DNA of 63,009 nucleotides, the filler included, from Chiloscyllium plagiosum (taxonomy: Eukaryota), in NCBI RefSeq assembly GCF_004010195.1. It is 4 parts of one record of this genome, joined end to end, with 100 filler letters (N's around TTAATTAATTAA, not from the genome) between each part and the next. Parts side by side here need not be neighbours in the genome. Positions count along the whole stretch, not along the records: positions 35,491 to 54,747 come from NC_057713.1; positions 54,848 to 63,009 come from NC_057713.1; 2 more parts are not named here. One strand, 5' to 3'. The notes beneath the pieces are model-generated. The model did no database searches. It was not told where the DNA came from and was given only the letters and a program-made list of their open reading frames with translations. Below, piece by piece: positions 49,143 through 62,769 of this stretch (positions are counted from its first letter, which is position 1; every line of letters begins with the position of its first letter). A program made the translations under genes and the position numbers.

Positions 49143-50392
49143 TAAGATAAGCCCTCACTTAAAGTTGTGGTCATGTTCCTGAGAATCTGAACTTTAAGCA
49201 AATATCGGTTCTCATTTTAAAATTGTAGTTGGGTTCTTTAGGATCTTCCTCATCCCAAACAAATGAAAGTGTAATATCCGCTAAATTGAAAGATTTGTAT
49301 TACTAAATTTGTACATTGGTAAATTAAGTGATATTTAAAATAAGTTTCAAAATATGAAAGAAAAATGCAATTTGCTACTTAAAGTATAATTACAGCAAAC
49401 CATTTATTAGCCATTACCTATGGAACCAGGAGTGTGTCGGTTGATCAAGAGGTCCACAAAATCGATGTAAAAACCCACACTAATTTTAACATAAAGAGTA
49501 TATGCATCACTGTTACACTTCCAGTATTTCACATATATAATTTTTGCTGGTTTATCAAGATTGCCAGTGCATAACGACCCAGTTAAAACAAAGTTTACTG
49601 TACTTCTCACCAGTGATCCTGCTCCAAACCATCTAGTTGCAGTAGATCCTCCCTGCCTCTTGACCCACTAAATTGTTGATCCTTTCATCTCTTCATCACT
49701 TTCATCCCACCACCAGCAGCATGCCTCACCCAACAATCCACTGAATTTTGCCCTTTCCCTTCTTAACCCACCGTCTTGCTACTTTCCCATTCAACATCCA
49801 GATTCAGTGTGTAGCTTGAGTTCAGAAGTTGTGGAAGTTCAGGTCCCAGTGGTTCAGAAGTGCTGGGGCTTTTACAATCATTTTGTTTCGATGCTGCCAC
49901 TCACCACTTCTCCCTCCTGAACCCTTGTTGTGAACAAAGACTTAGAAGAAGCACTGTGAGGCAGAAGCAGCTTTGAAAATCATTTTTTTAAAAACTGGAT
50001 TATAAACCAAAGTCCAGCACTTTTAAACAGTCAGTAGTCTTATCTCCACTGCATTGGAGTTCCAGCTGCATGTTGAATTTGTATTGTGTTCTGGATCACA
50101 AGTCCAGCGGCACATGATTCAGCCTGGGACATGGGCAGAGGCCACAACTAGGAAGTCAGGAATGGAAAAGAGGCCACAGCTGAGTGGTCAGAGGTCAGGA
50201 AGCACCACAACTGGGAGGTGGAGGAGTGAGCAGAGGCCGCTGTAGGAAGCGGAAAGAAACCAATTGGTTTGTGCGGGGAAACTACATTTAAATAAATCCC
50301 ACAGTGGAAACTATGTTAAAATGAATCCTGCGGTGTTTAATAAGGTTACAGGCCCCATGTTAAACAAAATGACTTCAGTTGAGGACTTTATA
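49143..50392. mobile_element. Possible old Tigger/pogo-type DNA transposon remnant
   Basis: Imperfect terminal inverted similarity (TAAGCCCTCACTTAAAGT vs reverse complement AAAGTCCTCAACTGAAGT); no clean ORF. Confidence 0.3.
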
Positions 50393-50593
50393 CATAGTAT
50401 TCTAAATCTTAAGGAATAGTAAACTTTCAAGACTAATCAGCTTTTAATAATAGTGCATGTTGTTAGGTGAGCAAGAAGTACCTCAAAGCTATAGTGCATC
50501 TGCACTTTACCATCATGACAAGAACATATATTTTATAATGAGTACAGTTATCTTGCATACAGGCCCATTTCTGATCTTTTGACTTTTTGTTAG

Positions 50594-50663
50594 ATAAACT
50601 AAATTTTGATGACTCTGTGATAAACAGGGTAACTGAAAAATCAAGAAAGAAACATACAGACAT
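50594..50663 (+). CDS. RIOK1: RIO kinase 1, coding exon 4
   Basis: ttag|(D)KLNFDDSVINRVTEKSRKKHTD(M)|gtaagt, 70 nt. Confidence 0.96.
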
Positions 50664-51419
50664 GTAAGTAAAAATAAGTATTTGAAATTTCAGATTGTGC
50701 AATTTTTACATATGCAAATATATTGTGTGTTTTAAGTAGCTATTCCCGTTAAGCTGCAGTTATTGAGAGCGAAAGAAAGGTCATTCCAATGGTGACTGGG
50801 TTTATTCCATGGGTACTGCAGCTATTTCATCTGATTTCAGGTTTAGTCATGACTTTGTGATGAGTTAGGTAATGTCAAATGGAGCAGCAATTTGTTTGCT
50901 ATAATTAATCTTAAAGCCAGATCGTTTAGGATGGGTGAATCAGCCAGGGTTCCTACTTCTGGTTGCTGTCCATTGACTCCTGCTGGAACAGCAAATATGT
51001 CAATGTTAGGGTTGGCTGTCTTGCTGTTTTTGCATTGAACAGCAAAAGTAAGCCAGTACCTTGGGAAAGCAAGAAATAATATGGGAGGGAAATAAAACAA
51101 GAAAAATAGACAACTAAGTGGACTTGGTTTTTAATTTTAATTTGCTCTCTGATTCTGTGAAGTGCAGATATAACTGTATTGTTAGTCCTTGCTCAAGAAC
51201 TTAGGGTGAGTTTTCCAATTGAACTTCTGTAATCTTTATAGTCAAGGATTTTGTTTCGAGGTAATGCCAAAAAAAGACCTCTATTGAGATGCCTATCTTG
51301 AAATGATACTTGTTCACTTTAGTTAAACATTTTTGGATCTTCCTGTTTATTTCTCAATCCCTTTTAACCTAACTATTTAAGGAAATATGCTATCTATCCT
51401 TTTGTTCACTTTGTTTTTG

Positions 51420-51710
51420 TCGATGGGATGTTGGCATCGCTGTCTAGGCCAGCATTTATTACTCAATTCAATGTCAACCACATTGCTGTGCGTCTGGAGT
51501 CACATGTAGGCTGGACAGGGTAAGGACAGCAATTTTCTTCCTTGTGCCAGATGGGTTTTTATGACAATAAACTGTGGTCACTATTCGGCCAGCATTTTAA
51601 CTCCAAGTTTTTATTGAATTCAAATTTCACCAGCTGCCATTGCTGGAATTCTAATGTGATTTGGCAGAATGTTAGCACAGGCCTGTGGATTACTCACCTA
51701 TTAGGCCACC
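51420..51710 (-). mobile_element. tRNA-derived SINE (second family), degenerate
   Basis: Core TCAACCACATTGCTGTGCGTCTGGAGTCACATGTAGGC shared with 24385-24730. Confidence 0.7.
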
Positions 51711-52389
51711 ATCTTCTCAATGTCCTTTTACTCTTCCCACACCATTACAAGTTTGTACTTGCACCATAATCTACCATAACATTTTTAAATTTGCAGGTGT
51801 ACTAGCACTTTTAATCTGTAGGGCTGGCCACCAGTTGCTCCCTTCCACCAGAATCCATCAGTGTTTTAATAGTTATATGTAATTTATGATTCACAAATGT
51901 TTTTGTGATTGAAAGGCTATCTCGAGGGATTTTACATCTTGCATTTTGTGGCATGTAGCTAGATTTAGACTTAAACGTAGCAAACATGACACAAAGATTA
52001 TCCGTGTAGCTAGGAGAGAAGAATAAAGCTGAGGATATCTGTCCACTGAAGCTGGTGGAAAATAGCAAATGGAGTTCAGTCTGGAGCTATGTGTGCTATT
52101 GCATTTGAAAGTCTGATGAGGGGAAAGAATATAGAATAAATGGTAGGATACTTAAAATAAAGTGTAGAGGATCCTTGGAATGTATGTCACAGATCCCAAA
52201 AGGCAGCCTCACATGGTAAGTTGGTTAAGACAGTTAATAGAATATTTCCCTTTTCTCTAATAATTTAATGTGGACCGTGTGCTTTTTTTTTGTTGTGACC
52301 GCTGCTGCTTTTATTTCAAATGTTACTTAGCACTCCTGAAATGGAGTGTGTTTACGCTAGTCCTTTATTTTTGACAATTTATTTTTTAG

Positions 52390-52432
52390 GTTTCGGGTTA
52401 AAGATAAATCTGACCGAGCCACTGTGGAGCAG
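52390..52432 (+). CDS. RIOK1: RIO kinase 1, coding exon 5
   Basis: ttttag|(M)FRVKDKSDRATVEQ|gtaatg, 43 nt. Confidence 0.97.
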
Positions 52433-52515
52433 GTAATGATTAGTATATTAATTCAAGATGCAAATGTGTTTGAGTAGCTCAGGGAAATTACATATATTAG
52501 CAATGATTGCTTGTA

Positions 52516-52687
52516 CACGAACCTCGATTATCTGAACGACACGGGCGGGGAGTATTTTGTTGGATAATTGAATATTCGGATAATCGAATGCTGGATAATG
52601 AGGTTTAGCCAAGCATTGGGACCTTGTGATCTTGCCGGATATTCCGAAATTCGGATAATTGAATGCCGGGTAATTGAGGTTCCTTGG
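52516..52687. mobile_element. Tigger/pogo-type MITE
   Basis: TIRs GAACCTCGATTATC / GGTAATTGAGGTTC, TA on both flanks, internal GGATAAT repeats. Confidence 0.75.
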
Positions 52688-53404
52688 TATTCAGTATGTA
52701 TGTAGTATTGATAAGTGGAGCTTCAGTAAATGAAAAACAATGCTTTAAAAAGATATATGCTAAAGATTTTTCATAAGTATAACTTTATAGAGTGCCTTTA
52801 AGGTATTAAACAAATTTAGACACTTCACATATTGAGTATTTATAATTTTTTTTGTATTCCTTTGTTTAGTATCGCATATAATATAGTTTATGAGTTCCAG
52901 TATAGATGCATGAATATTATTAAGTAATATTGTGGCAGAAAATTAGCTTCACAATTATTTTTCTGACTATCTTAATCTGCCATGTACAAATTTTGTTTTG
53001 TTAAAACAGAAATGTCTGGTCATTTTTAAGCAGCAGTAGCAATAAAAGACAGGTTTTCTTTTCAATTGGTATAAAACACATTGTTTATGTAGCTAGAATT
53101 AGATTCCTGATAAACGTAAAATACTTTACTTGAAGAAAGAGCTAGAAGATATGAAATTCGAGATGTTATTATCTGTTTGAAAGTATGAGCTGTATAATAA
53201 AATTAGATAAAATATTTAATTTGTAGTATTTTGTCTGTTGTGATAGCAGAGATTTTTCTGATCTTTATAGAGATCATAATTTTTTAAGTTTCCATTTCCC
53301 TCTTCATTCATTGTGATGAACATTACAGATGTGCATCTTTGGAGAGATTACATTTAGTGTATACAGGTACTTGGTGCATCACTTATGATTTTATTAATTC
53401 TTAG

Positions 53405-53497
53405 GTTTTGGATCCACGAACTCGAATGATCTTGTTTAAAATGCTGAGTAGAGGAGTGATATCTCAAATCCATGGATGTATCAGTACAGGCAAGGAG
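53405..53497 (+). CDS. RIOK1: RIO kinase 1, coding exon 6 (winged helix and start of the kinase ATP loop); later exons not found in this window
   Basis: ttag|[31 protein letters not shown]|gtaatc, 93 nt; STGKE is the Rio1 signature. Confidence 0.98.
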
Positions 53498-53803
53498 GTA
53501 ATCCTTTGAAGAGAGTGATGAAAATCACTTAAGAATGATAAATATGTCACTGTATGTCGTCTATCAATAGATCACTGGTTTGGATCATTTGATTTTAAAA
53601 CTATAACTAGTATTCCAAAAGCATGCTGTAGGCAAATGACAACAAGTTACCTTCAGTTCGGCTACTTCTTAAGAAATCTCACAGACAATCAAGTACTGAA
53701 ATGATGTTTTCAAACTTTTTGACATGTAGCAATCAAAATAAGAACACTCAAGTAAGCAAATCAAGCCTCTTAACTAAACTTAGCTATTACCTGATTAATA
53801 GTG

Positions 53804-54310
53804 GAATTGAAGGAGTTAACTGCAGGAAAGCTGTGTCTTCAACCAGACTCGAGTGTGTGGTGCTGGGAAAGCACAGCAGGTCAGGCAGCATCCGAGAAGC
53901 AAGAGAGTCGATTTTCCGGGCGTAAGCCCTTCATCTTCAACCAGGCTGTCGATGCCAAGTGTAACAAGGAACGAGGAAGCTACTCCTGATGATAAAGCAA
54001 GCTACAAACAATAATTTGGATGAAAGAAACATCAAGGACAACTAACAGTGTGAGAGTCTGGATGTGTCCAGGGTTTGATCCTTATGCAGAGTTGTTCTCC
54101 AGGGTTCTGCTGAAATGGGAGTTCTGGTGTTGGATTCTAATACAGTTTTTCATCCTTCAGGTCCGTGATATGATATTATTTGATGTTTCTTTCTTCCAAA
54201 TTATTGCATGTTTGTAACTTGCCGCCTTAACAGAAGTAGCTTCCTTGTTACATTTAGCATTGACTGTCTGGTTGAAGACACAACTTTCCTGCAGTTAACT
54301 CCTTAAATTC
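53804..54310. mobile_element. MITE-like element with ~80-bp inverted termini; left arm interrupted by a Penelope-derived insertion (53847-53933)
   Basis: GAATTGAAGGAGTTAACTGCAGGAAAGCTGTGTCTTCAACCAG matches the reverse complement of 54268-54310; TSD TCTTCAACCAG at 53836-53846 and 53934-53944. Confidence 0.8.
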
Positions 54311-54450
54311 TTCTGCAGGGCAATCAATCATCCTTGTGGCAATAGAGCAGCCAGTTACCAAGCACGTGTCAAAACAGTTTTGTTCATGTAGCTTCATCTC
54401 CTTCTTTTTCCCAGATGTAGCTAATTGCTCTCAATTCCTGCATATGTTTC

Positions 54451-54747
54451 GAGTCATAGAGATGTACAGCATGGAAACAGACCCTTCGGTCCAATCTGTC
54501 CATGCCGACCAGATATCCCAACCCAATCTAGTCCCACCTGCCAGCACCTGGCCCATATCCCTCCAAACCCTTCCTATTTATATACCCATCCAAATGCCCC
54601 TTAAATGTTGCAATTGTACCAGCCTCCACCACATCCTCTGACAGCTCATTCCATATACGTATTACCCTCTGCATGAAAAAGTTGCCACTTAGGTCTCTTT
54701 TATATCTTCCCCTCTCCCCCTAAATCTATGCCCTCTAGTTCTGGACT
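54451..54747 (-). mobile_element. CR1 LINE 3' end
   Basis: Nearly identical to 2349-2650. Confidence 0.92.
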
Positions 54748-55096
54748 NNNNNNNNNNNNNNNNNNNNNNNNNNNNNNNNNNNNNNNNNNNNTTAATTAAT
54801 TAANNNNNNNNNNNNNNNNNNNNNNNNNNNNNNNNNNNNNNNNNNNNACCTGCACATCTTTGGACTGTGGGAGGAAGCCGGAGCACCCGGAGGAAACCCA
54901 CGCAGCCACGGGGAGAACGTGCAAACTCCACACAGTNNNNNNNNNNNNNNNNNNNNNNNNNNNNNNNNNNNNNNNNNNNNNNNNNNNNNNNNNNNNNNNN
55001 NNNNNNNNNNNNNNNNNNNNNNNNNNNNNNNNNNNNNNNNNNNNNNNNNNNNNNNNNNNNNNNNNNNNNNNNNNNNNNNNNNNNNNNNNNNNNNNN

Positions 55097-55190
55097 ATTC
55101 CTGAAGAAGGGCTCATGCCCGAAACGTCGATTCTCCTGTTCCCTGGATGCTGCCTGACCTGCTGCACTTTTCCAGCAACACATTTTCACC
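55097..55190 (+). mobile_element. Penelope-derived terminal repeat with intact hammerhead core
   Basis: ATTCCTGAAGAAGGGCTCATGCCCGAAACGTCGATTC. Confidence 0.8.
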
Positions 55191-57074
55191 ATTGTGAATG
55201 TTCAAAGGGACTTGCTGTTTGATATGGTCTGCCTACATAACAGGTATTATACCAGCAACGAAACTCATATCATATTACTCGTTTGTGAGATAGGTAAAAT
55301 ATTTTTTGTCCTCATTAGCAGCTTCCTAATCATGGAAAAGCCCACTTGCATGCTTACTACAAAGTAGCAGGGTGAGACAGCTAGCTCATACTGTTGCTAT
55401 GAAATAACTTCCCTTTCAGGGTAATGTGAGGTAGACGGGGCATCATTCAGGGACAAACACAGACCCTTTCGTGAGTTTGCGTGATATACAGTGAGGCAGG
55501 CAGGGAGCTGTGAACATAGCAGTCAAGGGTCTGCTCAATCTGGTCACGGATTAGCTCATTAAACTTGGTGAGGAGCCTGGAGGTCTGCCGTTGATTGCTT
55601 AGGATAATGAAAGGGTTTGTGGGATCAGCGGCGGGTATTACTGGCAAAAAAAGCTGATGGAGTCAAGGCTGTGAAGGTGTGTGAGGCAAAGACATTTGTG
55701 GAGGTAGGAACAAATGCCATGACAAGAACAAAACTCAAGATATTTTAAGAAGGGAGTGTGGTTGGTGGCAATATACAGATCATGATTGGAGGTCTAGGTA
55801 GGCTATGGGAGTGGCATGGAGGGTGGTTATATTCAGCAGCACACATCAATTTCGCCAAAGGGCATGTATATTGGACCACAGTGGGCATCATTCACCCTGC
55901 CATGCTGAATTCCAGCAGGAAGGCTAATTAGTGCAAACCTGTCAGTGAAGCAGCTGATTTGTGGGAAAGTCTTGAAATCAGCCAAAGGTATTTCAGCAAC
56001 TCCCACCCTCGTCGTGTTGACTTTTAAAATGTGACACATCTTTGCAAAGCACCAAAACGTGTAGAATTTTAACATAGTCCAGCTATCTAATTTGTAGATA
56101 GTTGCTAGCACTCAATGAGTTCTTCGTGCTGGTTAAACACATGTTCAGCTATATCTGTGAGAAATTATCAGGAATTTTCAAATTAGCAGTGCTGGCTTTG
56201 AATCAGCATTACAAGTAAATTAATCTCATGAATTAGAGGGTCATTACGAACAAATGTTAACTCTGTTTTCTCTCCACAGATGCTGCCAGACCTGCTGAGT
56301 TTGTCCAGCAATTTTTGTTTTTGTTTGTGCCCATGGACCTCTTGTTTTGCATATCCCTCACACATGATAATGGTGAGCATGCTAACTCCTTAATCAAGAT
56401 GGTGTATGCAAGTCCCACAGCACATCTTATTTTTATTGCAGATAGATAGGAGCAAAAGTGAGCCACTCAGCCCATTGAGTCCTTTCCTCCATTTAAGACA
56501 ATCATGGCTGATCAAACATTTCAATACCTTTTACTCACACTATCCCCATAATCTTTACATCATTGGTAGTCCAAAATTTACCTACTTCTATTTTAAATAT
56601 ATGGGACTCACCACCCTCCAAAGACTCACCACCCTCAAAGCAAAACCATTTTCCTTCAACTCAATTCTAAGTAGCATTTCCTGACTATTAAATTGTGTCT
56701 CATGCTTCAAGACTCCCCACCCAGGGGAAACATCTTACCAGCTTCCTATCCTGTTAACCTGACATCATTTTGGAAATTAGGTGACGTTTGTAATACCCAA
56801 AAAAGTTGCTACCAAGCCTAACTTTTACACCAAAAGTTAAGTGTAAAAGAATTAAAATGACTAATGTATATTAGCAGAAAATAGTTGTTTTAAGGGGCAT
56901 CATGGAAAAGAGAATTTAGCTTGAGTTAACTTTTCTGACAGGTATTTTGCTGCAGGTAAGTTGTCAAAGCAACAATGACAAGGAGTCAGTGAACTGGAAT
57001 CTTAACAAGACAAGAACCCGTCTTTACCATTATTAACCACGATGTAACTCTATCTAAAAGTGAGTGACTGACTA

Positions 57075-57725
57075 AGAATCATACAGTCATGCAGCATGGA
57101 AACAGGCCCATTCGGTCCAACTGATCTGTGCCAACCATTATCTCAAACTAACTAGTCTCATCTGCCAGCGCTTGGCCCATAGCCTTCCAAACTTTTCTGA
57201 ATTCATGTACTTATTTAAATGTCTTTTAAATGTTGTAACTGTAATCATATCCACCACTTCCTTCCACATATGAACCATTGCTTGTGTAAAAAAAATTGCT
57301 CCTCATGCATTTTTTTACCTTTTTCCACTCACCTTAAAAGTATGCCTTCCAGTCTTGAAATCCCTAACCCAAGGGAAAAGACAGCTGCTGTTCACTTGAA
57401 CTACTCCCCTCATGATTTTATAAACCTCTATAAGGTCACCCCTCAACCTCCTAATCTCCAGCAAGAAATGTACCAACTTATCCAGCCTTTTCTTATAACT
57501 CAACCCTCCATTCCCAGTAACATCCCCCCTTCCAGTGTAATAATATCCTTCCAATAACAGGGTGACCAGAATTGGGCTGAGTACTCCAGGAGAAGGCTCA
57601 CCAAAGTTCTGTACAACCTCAACATAACAGCCCAACTCCTATAGACAAATGCCTGAGCAATAAAGGGAAGTGTGCTAAATGTCTTCTTAACCACCCTGAT
57701 TATATGTGGCGCAAACTTCAAAGAA
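57075..57725 (-). mobile_element. CR1 LINE 3' part
   Basis: RLRGDLIEVYKIMRG; LRLYRTLVSLLLEYSAQFWSP. Confidence 0.9.
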
Positions 57726-58116
57726 AGAAAAAGCATTGAAGAACTTCAGCAGCAATGTTTGCAGAAAGCTGAGAATAAAGCACACTCCATCTTGCTTCAA
57801 AAACTCTCAGTTGGTGAGATTGTCCTCATCTGGTTGTATTCTTATCCATCCAGTTATAGTCAGTGACTCTTTTGCAATGGCTTTCTTCCTATTCTTGCAC
57901 CATTATGTCGTGAGTTCATTTAAGAAGAAAATTCAGCTGGGGTGCTGACATATTGCCATTTTACATTACTACCCAAGACCAATCTCTCATCCAGATGGAG
58001 ATATTTGGCAACTCCTTCACCGTTCAATTTATTATGAGTACAATAATAATGTTCCATATTAATATTAAATAGCTAAACAAAGATGGTTTAGGTAATCTAA
58101 ATGGCCAAAGGAGCAC

Positions 58117-58408
58117 ATTAGATTCCCTACAGTGTGGAAACAGGCCCTTCAGCCCAACAAGTCCACACTGACCCTCCGAGGAGTAACTCACCCAAACCCA
58201 TTTCCCTATGACAAATCCACCTAACACTATGGGCAATTTAGCATGGCCAATTCACCTGACCTGCACATCTTTGGACAGTGGGAGTAAACCCACACAGACA
58301 CAGGGAGAACGTACAAACTCCACACAGACAGTCACCCGAGGCTGGAATTGAACCTGGGACCCTGGCTCTGTGAGGCAGTAGTGCTAACCACTGAGCCACC
58401 GTGCGCCA
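58117..58408 (-). mobile_element. tRNA-derived SINE (V-SINE/HE1-like), full length
   Basis: Reverse complement GCACGGTGGCTCAGTGGTTAGCAC...GGTTCAATTCC...GGGAATCTAA. Confidence 0.92.
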
Positions 58409-58419
58409 TATAGTGTTAC

Positions 58420-58763
58420 AGAGTCATAGAAATGTACAGCACGGAAACAAACCCTTCAGTCCAACTCATCCAAGCCTACCAGTTATCCCAAATTAATCTA
58501 GTCCCTTTGCCAGCGTTTGGCCCATATCCCTCTGAACCCTTCCCATTCATGTACCCAATCCAAATGCCTTTTAAATGTTATAATTGTATCAGCCTCCACC
58601 ACATTCTCCGGCAGCTCATTCCATATACGTACCACCCTTTGCGTGAAAAAGTTGCCCATAGATCCCTTTTATATCTTTCCCCTCTCACCCTAAACCTCTA
58701 GTTATATACTCCCCCAACCCAGGGAAAAGACCTTGTCTATTTACCCTATCCATGCCCCTCATG
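58420..58763 (-). mobile_element. CR1 LINE 3' end
   Basis: Similar to 2349-2700. Confidence 0.9.
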
Positions 58764-60399
58764 AAGAAATAACAGCCCATAAACTCACTAAATGTTGTTA
58801 GATTCATTGTATTTCATGGTATGATCATGGAAAAATATGCCAAAGGTCAAACAATTATCAATTTGCCCATCAATACTTCCATGTATTCCAAAAGTTGCAA
58901 AGTGCCACACTGACAGCCCATTACATTCAGACTAAAATGAATAGCCACATTTATTTATGGGAAGAATTATTTTACATGAAAATGCACACAGTCAAACTAA
59001 TGGTACAAATACTTGCAAAGCACTGAAGAATGAATCAGTTCATGAGACGTTAAAATATTTTGCTTACAATGCAATCTGATAATGCTCAAGAATTTTGAAA
59101 GGAACAGTCTTCTGTAGACTTGTGAATGTAATGTTTATACATGATTGTGGTGGCATTTTATTTGTGCACTTCATGGGATACAGTATCAATCCTAAATTGC
59201 AAAATGTGAGCTGACGGCTGAAGTAAAATTGAGCAGGTTTGGCAAGGCCTTTATTGAACAAAAGTACAGAATCCTCAGGAAGCATCAGCAAAGCTGCCAC
59301 CTGCTAACCTCCCTCACATCAAGTCAATTACTCTGCCCACTCTGACTGTGGTCACAGTCAATTTCTTCTCCATTGTGCACTTTCAATTTCCAGCACGATA
59401 GAAGCCCACAGTGAGTGCTCCTCAGTCAGTGGTTTGCAGCTTCCATCTCAACGGAGGCCCCAGACAATCATGTTAAATCCCCTTTCTAGTAGCACTTGCA
59501 AAAAACGGAAGTTTGCACCTCCTCAGATCCCCACCCAAAATCTCTAAAGGTGCCCACAGCTATCTACCTTCCACCACTAGCTTCTGACATATGAGATGAC
59601 ACGCCAGGTGTGGTCATTCATTGCTCCTCTCCTTGAAATCAACCATGGACAATCCCCCTCCCAAACTATTCCCCTCCCCTCTACACTTTACCATATCACT
59701 CCCTTACAAATACTGTTGACACTTCCCTTTTCTCAATTCTCATCACCCCTTGCCCCACCGCACCCTGCAGACTCCTTTCCTGAAGACTAATCTCATCCCT
59801 GTGGCAAGGGCTGCACTTGAGCCCTGTCTGTCCCCTCTTCCCTGTGATAGAGCTAATGGACAGATCCTGGCCCGCCCATCTTGGGAAACCTAACTGACAG
59901 CCCCAGAAAAGAATTGCCCAGATACCTGACCGGTGGCTGTAAAGTTCCTTGACTCTGTTAACTCTACCCCATGAACCTTCCATTTTGAAGCCAATGACTT
60001 ACTCTCCAGACTGTAGAGGCATGAATGACCTGACTGGGAACACGATGAGCAGATGTCTGACCATAACCTGGACTGGTATGGTAGGGTGCCATTGACCTAC
60101 AGTGCCAGGATGGGTGCCTTTATGCACTGGCCAGGGCTACTCCCCTCATGACTTTAAGATTTGGTTGCTTACTTGCTGTACATACAGTGTAGTTGCCACG
60201 TAAGCTGCTGGTACATGCTGCAGGTGAGATTAACATAGCACAGTACCTTACAGCACAATGGACCTTCTTGACTGAGGACTGCTAACCAGCAAGACAAACT
60301 GCATGGCTCTGTGACAGTACTAATTGGCACAGTAAGACATGGCATGGATATTGTGAGCATGCAAGTATCTCTGGACCTAAAACTGGCTGCGTGACAGAA

Positions 60400-61030
60400 A
60401 GCATAGGGTGATGGTGGTGGGGTGTTTTTGTGACACAAAACCTGTGCTAATTGGGGTCCCAGAAGATTTAAAGTTGGGGCCCTTGCTGGTAATGATATAT
60501 ATAAATGATTAAATGTGAATGTAGAAGAGTTGATTAACAAGTTTACGAATGATACAAAACTTGGTGGAATGCTTAATAATGAGAAGGAGAGCTTTAGGTT
60601 ACGGGATGGACTGGTCAGTGGCAAATGGAATTCCATCCAAAGAATTGTGAGCAGAACAAACAAGGCAATGGAATACATGATGAATGGTCGTACCCTGGGG
60701 AGCACTGAGGACCAGAAGCACCTTGGTGCATATATCCACCATTCCTTTAAGGTAGCGGAACAAGTAGACAAAATGGTTAAGAAAGCATGTGGGATATTTG
60801 CCTTTATTAGCCATAACCAAGAGTTAGACAGCTTATGCTGGAACTGTATAAATATTGATTAGGCCTCAAGTATTGTGTGCAGCTCTGGAATCACATTATA
60901 GGACGGATGTGATTGCACAGCAGAAGGGATGTTGACTGGATTGGAGAGGTATAGGTAAGAAGAGAGATTGGATAGACTGGGACAGAGAAGACTGAGGGGA
61001 ACATGATGTATAAAATTATTGGGGGACATA
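60400..61030 (+). mobile_element. Degenerate CR1 LINE (continues at ~61710-61990)
   Basis: INKFTNDTKLGG, EDQKHLGAYIH, VDKMVKKACGIFAFI. Confidence 0.8.
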
Positions 61031-61031
61031 G

Positions 61032-61352
61032 ATCATAGAATCCCTACCATGTGGAAACAGACCCTTCAGCCCAAGTCCTCATGAACCCTCTGAAGAGTAA
61101 CCCACCCAGACTCATTCCCCCACTGCTCTCCATTTACCCCGACTAATATACCTAATCTACACATCCCTGGACACTATAAGGAACTTAGCATATTCAATTC
61201 ACCTAACCTGTACATTTTGGGATTGTGGGAGGAAACCCACACAGACATGGGGAGAATGTGCAAATTCCACACGGACAGTCACCCAAGGCAGGAATCAAAC
61301 CCGGGTCCCTGGCACTGTGAGGCAACAGTGCTAACGGCTGAGCCACCATGCC
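61032..61352 (-). mobile_element. tRNA-derived SINE (V-SINE/HE1-like)
   Basis: Reverse complement GGCATGGTGGCTCAGCCGTTAGCAC...CCGGGTTTGATTCC. Confidence 0.88.
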
Positions 61353-62769
61353 TTCCTTATACTTGTCAATCCGCTGTCACCGTCCTTGTTTCCAACTCAG
61401 CGTATACTTCTTCCCTTCCCTCGTCCCAAGTTTTGAATGCCCTGAACCCTTATCATTAAAAAGCCACTCCAACGACCCTTTTCATTTCTTCATTAGTCAA
61501 TGTACAGATCCCCAGAACTGACTGTCTCCAGCCACAAGAATAACTTTGACAGAGATCCCAAGAAAGTACTGACGAGACCCCAGATCACAGTCCTTGCTGC
61601 TCTCTGATTTCACTAGTTACTGAGACTTTCACTGAGAATAATTTCATGGAGGGGGGACTTTGGTTGCATGGATAGCCTGGCATTACTGCAGCTTTAGACA
61701 AGTGGATAAGGGGGGGGAATTCGATGGAATTATTTAAAATTATGGAAGTCTGAATAGAGTAGATAGGGAGAAGCCATAGCCATTTGGAAATGACGACTAT
61801 CTGGAATGAACAATCTAATAGAGTGTTAGTGGCCAATTCAATTGTTGTTTTTAAAAGCAGTTTGGACTGAAATTTAAAATAGAACAAAAGTATAGGGCTT
61901 ACAGAAAGTGAAGTGTGACTCGGTAAGTTGCCTTTACAAAGAGATGCAGAATAGGCTGAACAGCTTCCTCTGTGCTATAACCATTCTATAATTCCACAAA
62001 AAAAAGTGACTGTAACAGTAAAAAGTCTAGTGTGGATGGCCTGCAGTAGTTATACCTTGTCTGCAGTTATAAACACAGTCATTACCTGTTCGAAAAAGTG
62101 GAACTTTTCAAGGGTTCTTTATCATGAAATTAAAAGCATAAGAGTATAAATTAAGTTGATAGCTAAGTTTCCATTTAATTTTCATATCAGCATTGGACCC
62201 TCTGGAAAAGTGTAGAATTTCTGGCAGCAACTTGGCCCAGATGTTACAGAAATAAAATCCCATTGAAATGATTCACAATTTTTGACTAGACTGGAAACCC
62301 TAATGTGCACTCTGTGCATTTTGCCCATTTCCCCTAACTAGCCTTAAACTATTCCTAGATTGCAGGTCTGGAATTGATTTTCAGCTATCTTGTTGTAGAT
62401 ACAGATAAACGTAGTCTGCACCTTGTTATGAGGTAGGTTTGTTGACACAATCGTCTTTAGGTACATGGATCTATAGTGTCTGCTTTGTTCAATACGGTAA
62501 AGGAAAACCTACTGATCTAACTAGAACAGTCTCTTGTATTGAAGAGGAAGTAGCTCATTGAATGCTAACAACTGTTTGCAGATTACACTAACATGATAGA
62601 TATTGTTATTGAGATCTGCCTTCTCCAAGATCTTAAGCTGTGATGCCCACCAGTCACAATGACATCATTATAGTGGTGTTGCTTATGATACTCCTCAGTA
62701 CTAACAGTTTCAGAGCCATTCAGGGCATTATACAAGCATTCTGGCCTCGGCCATACTAGGTTGAAAGTG

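Noticed and set aside
56940..56961. Possible RIOK1 micro-exon (CAG|GTATTTTGCTGCAG|GTAAGT)
   Set aside because: A 14-nt exon would shift the frame and does not encode the expected ANVYHA continuation.
59300..60390. GC-richer stretch possibly derived from a Harbinger-type element (similar impression at 55330-56030 and 14560-14965)
   Set aside because: No recognisable transposase motif or termini that I can support.
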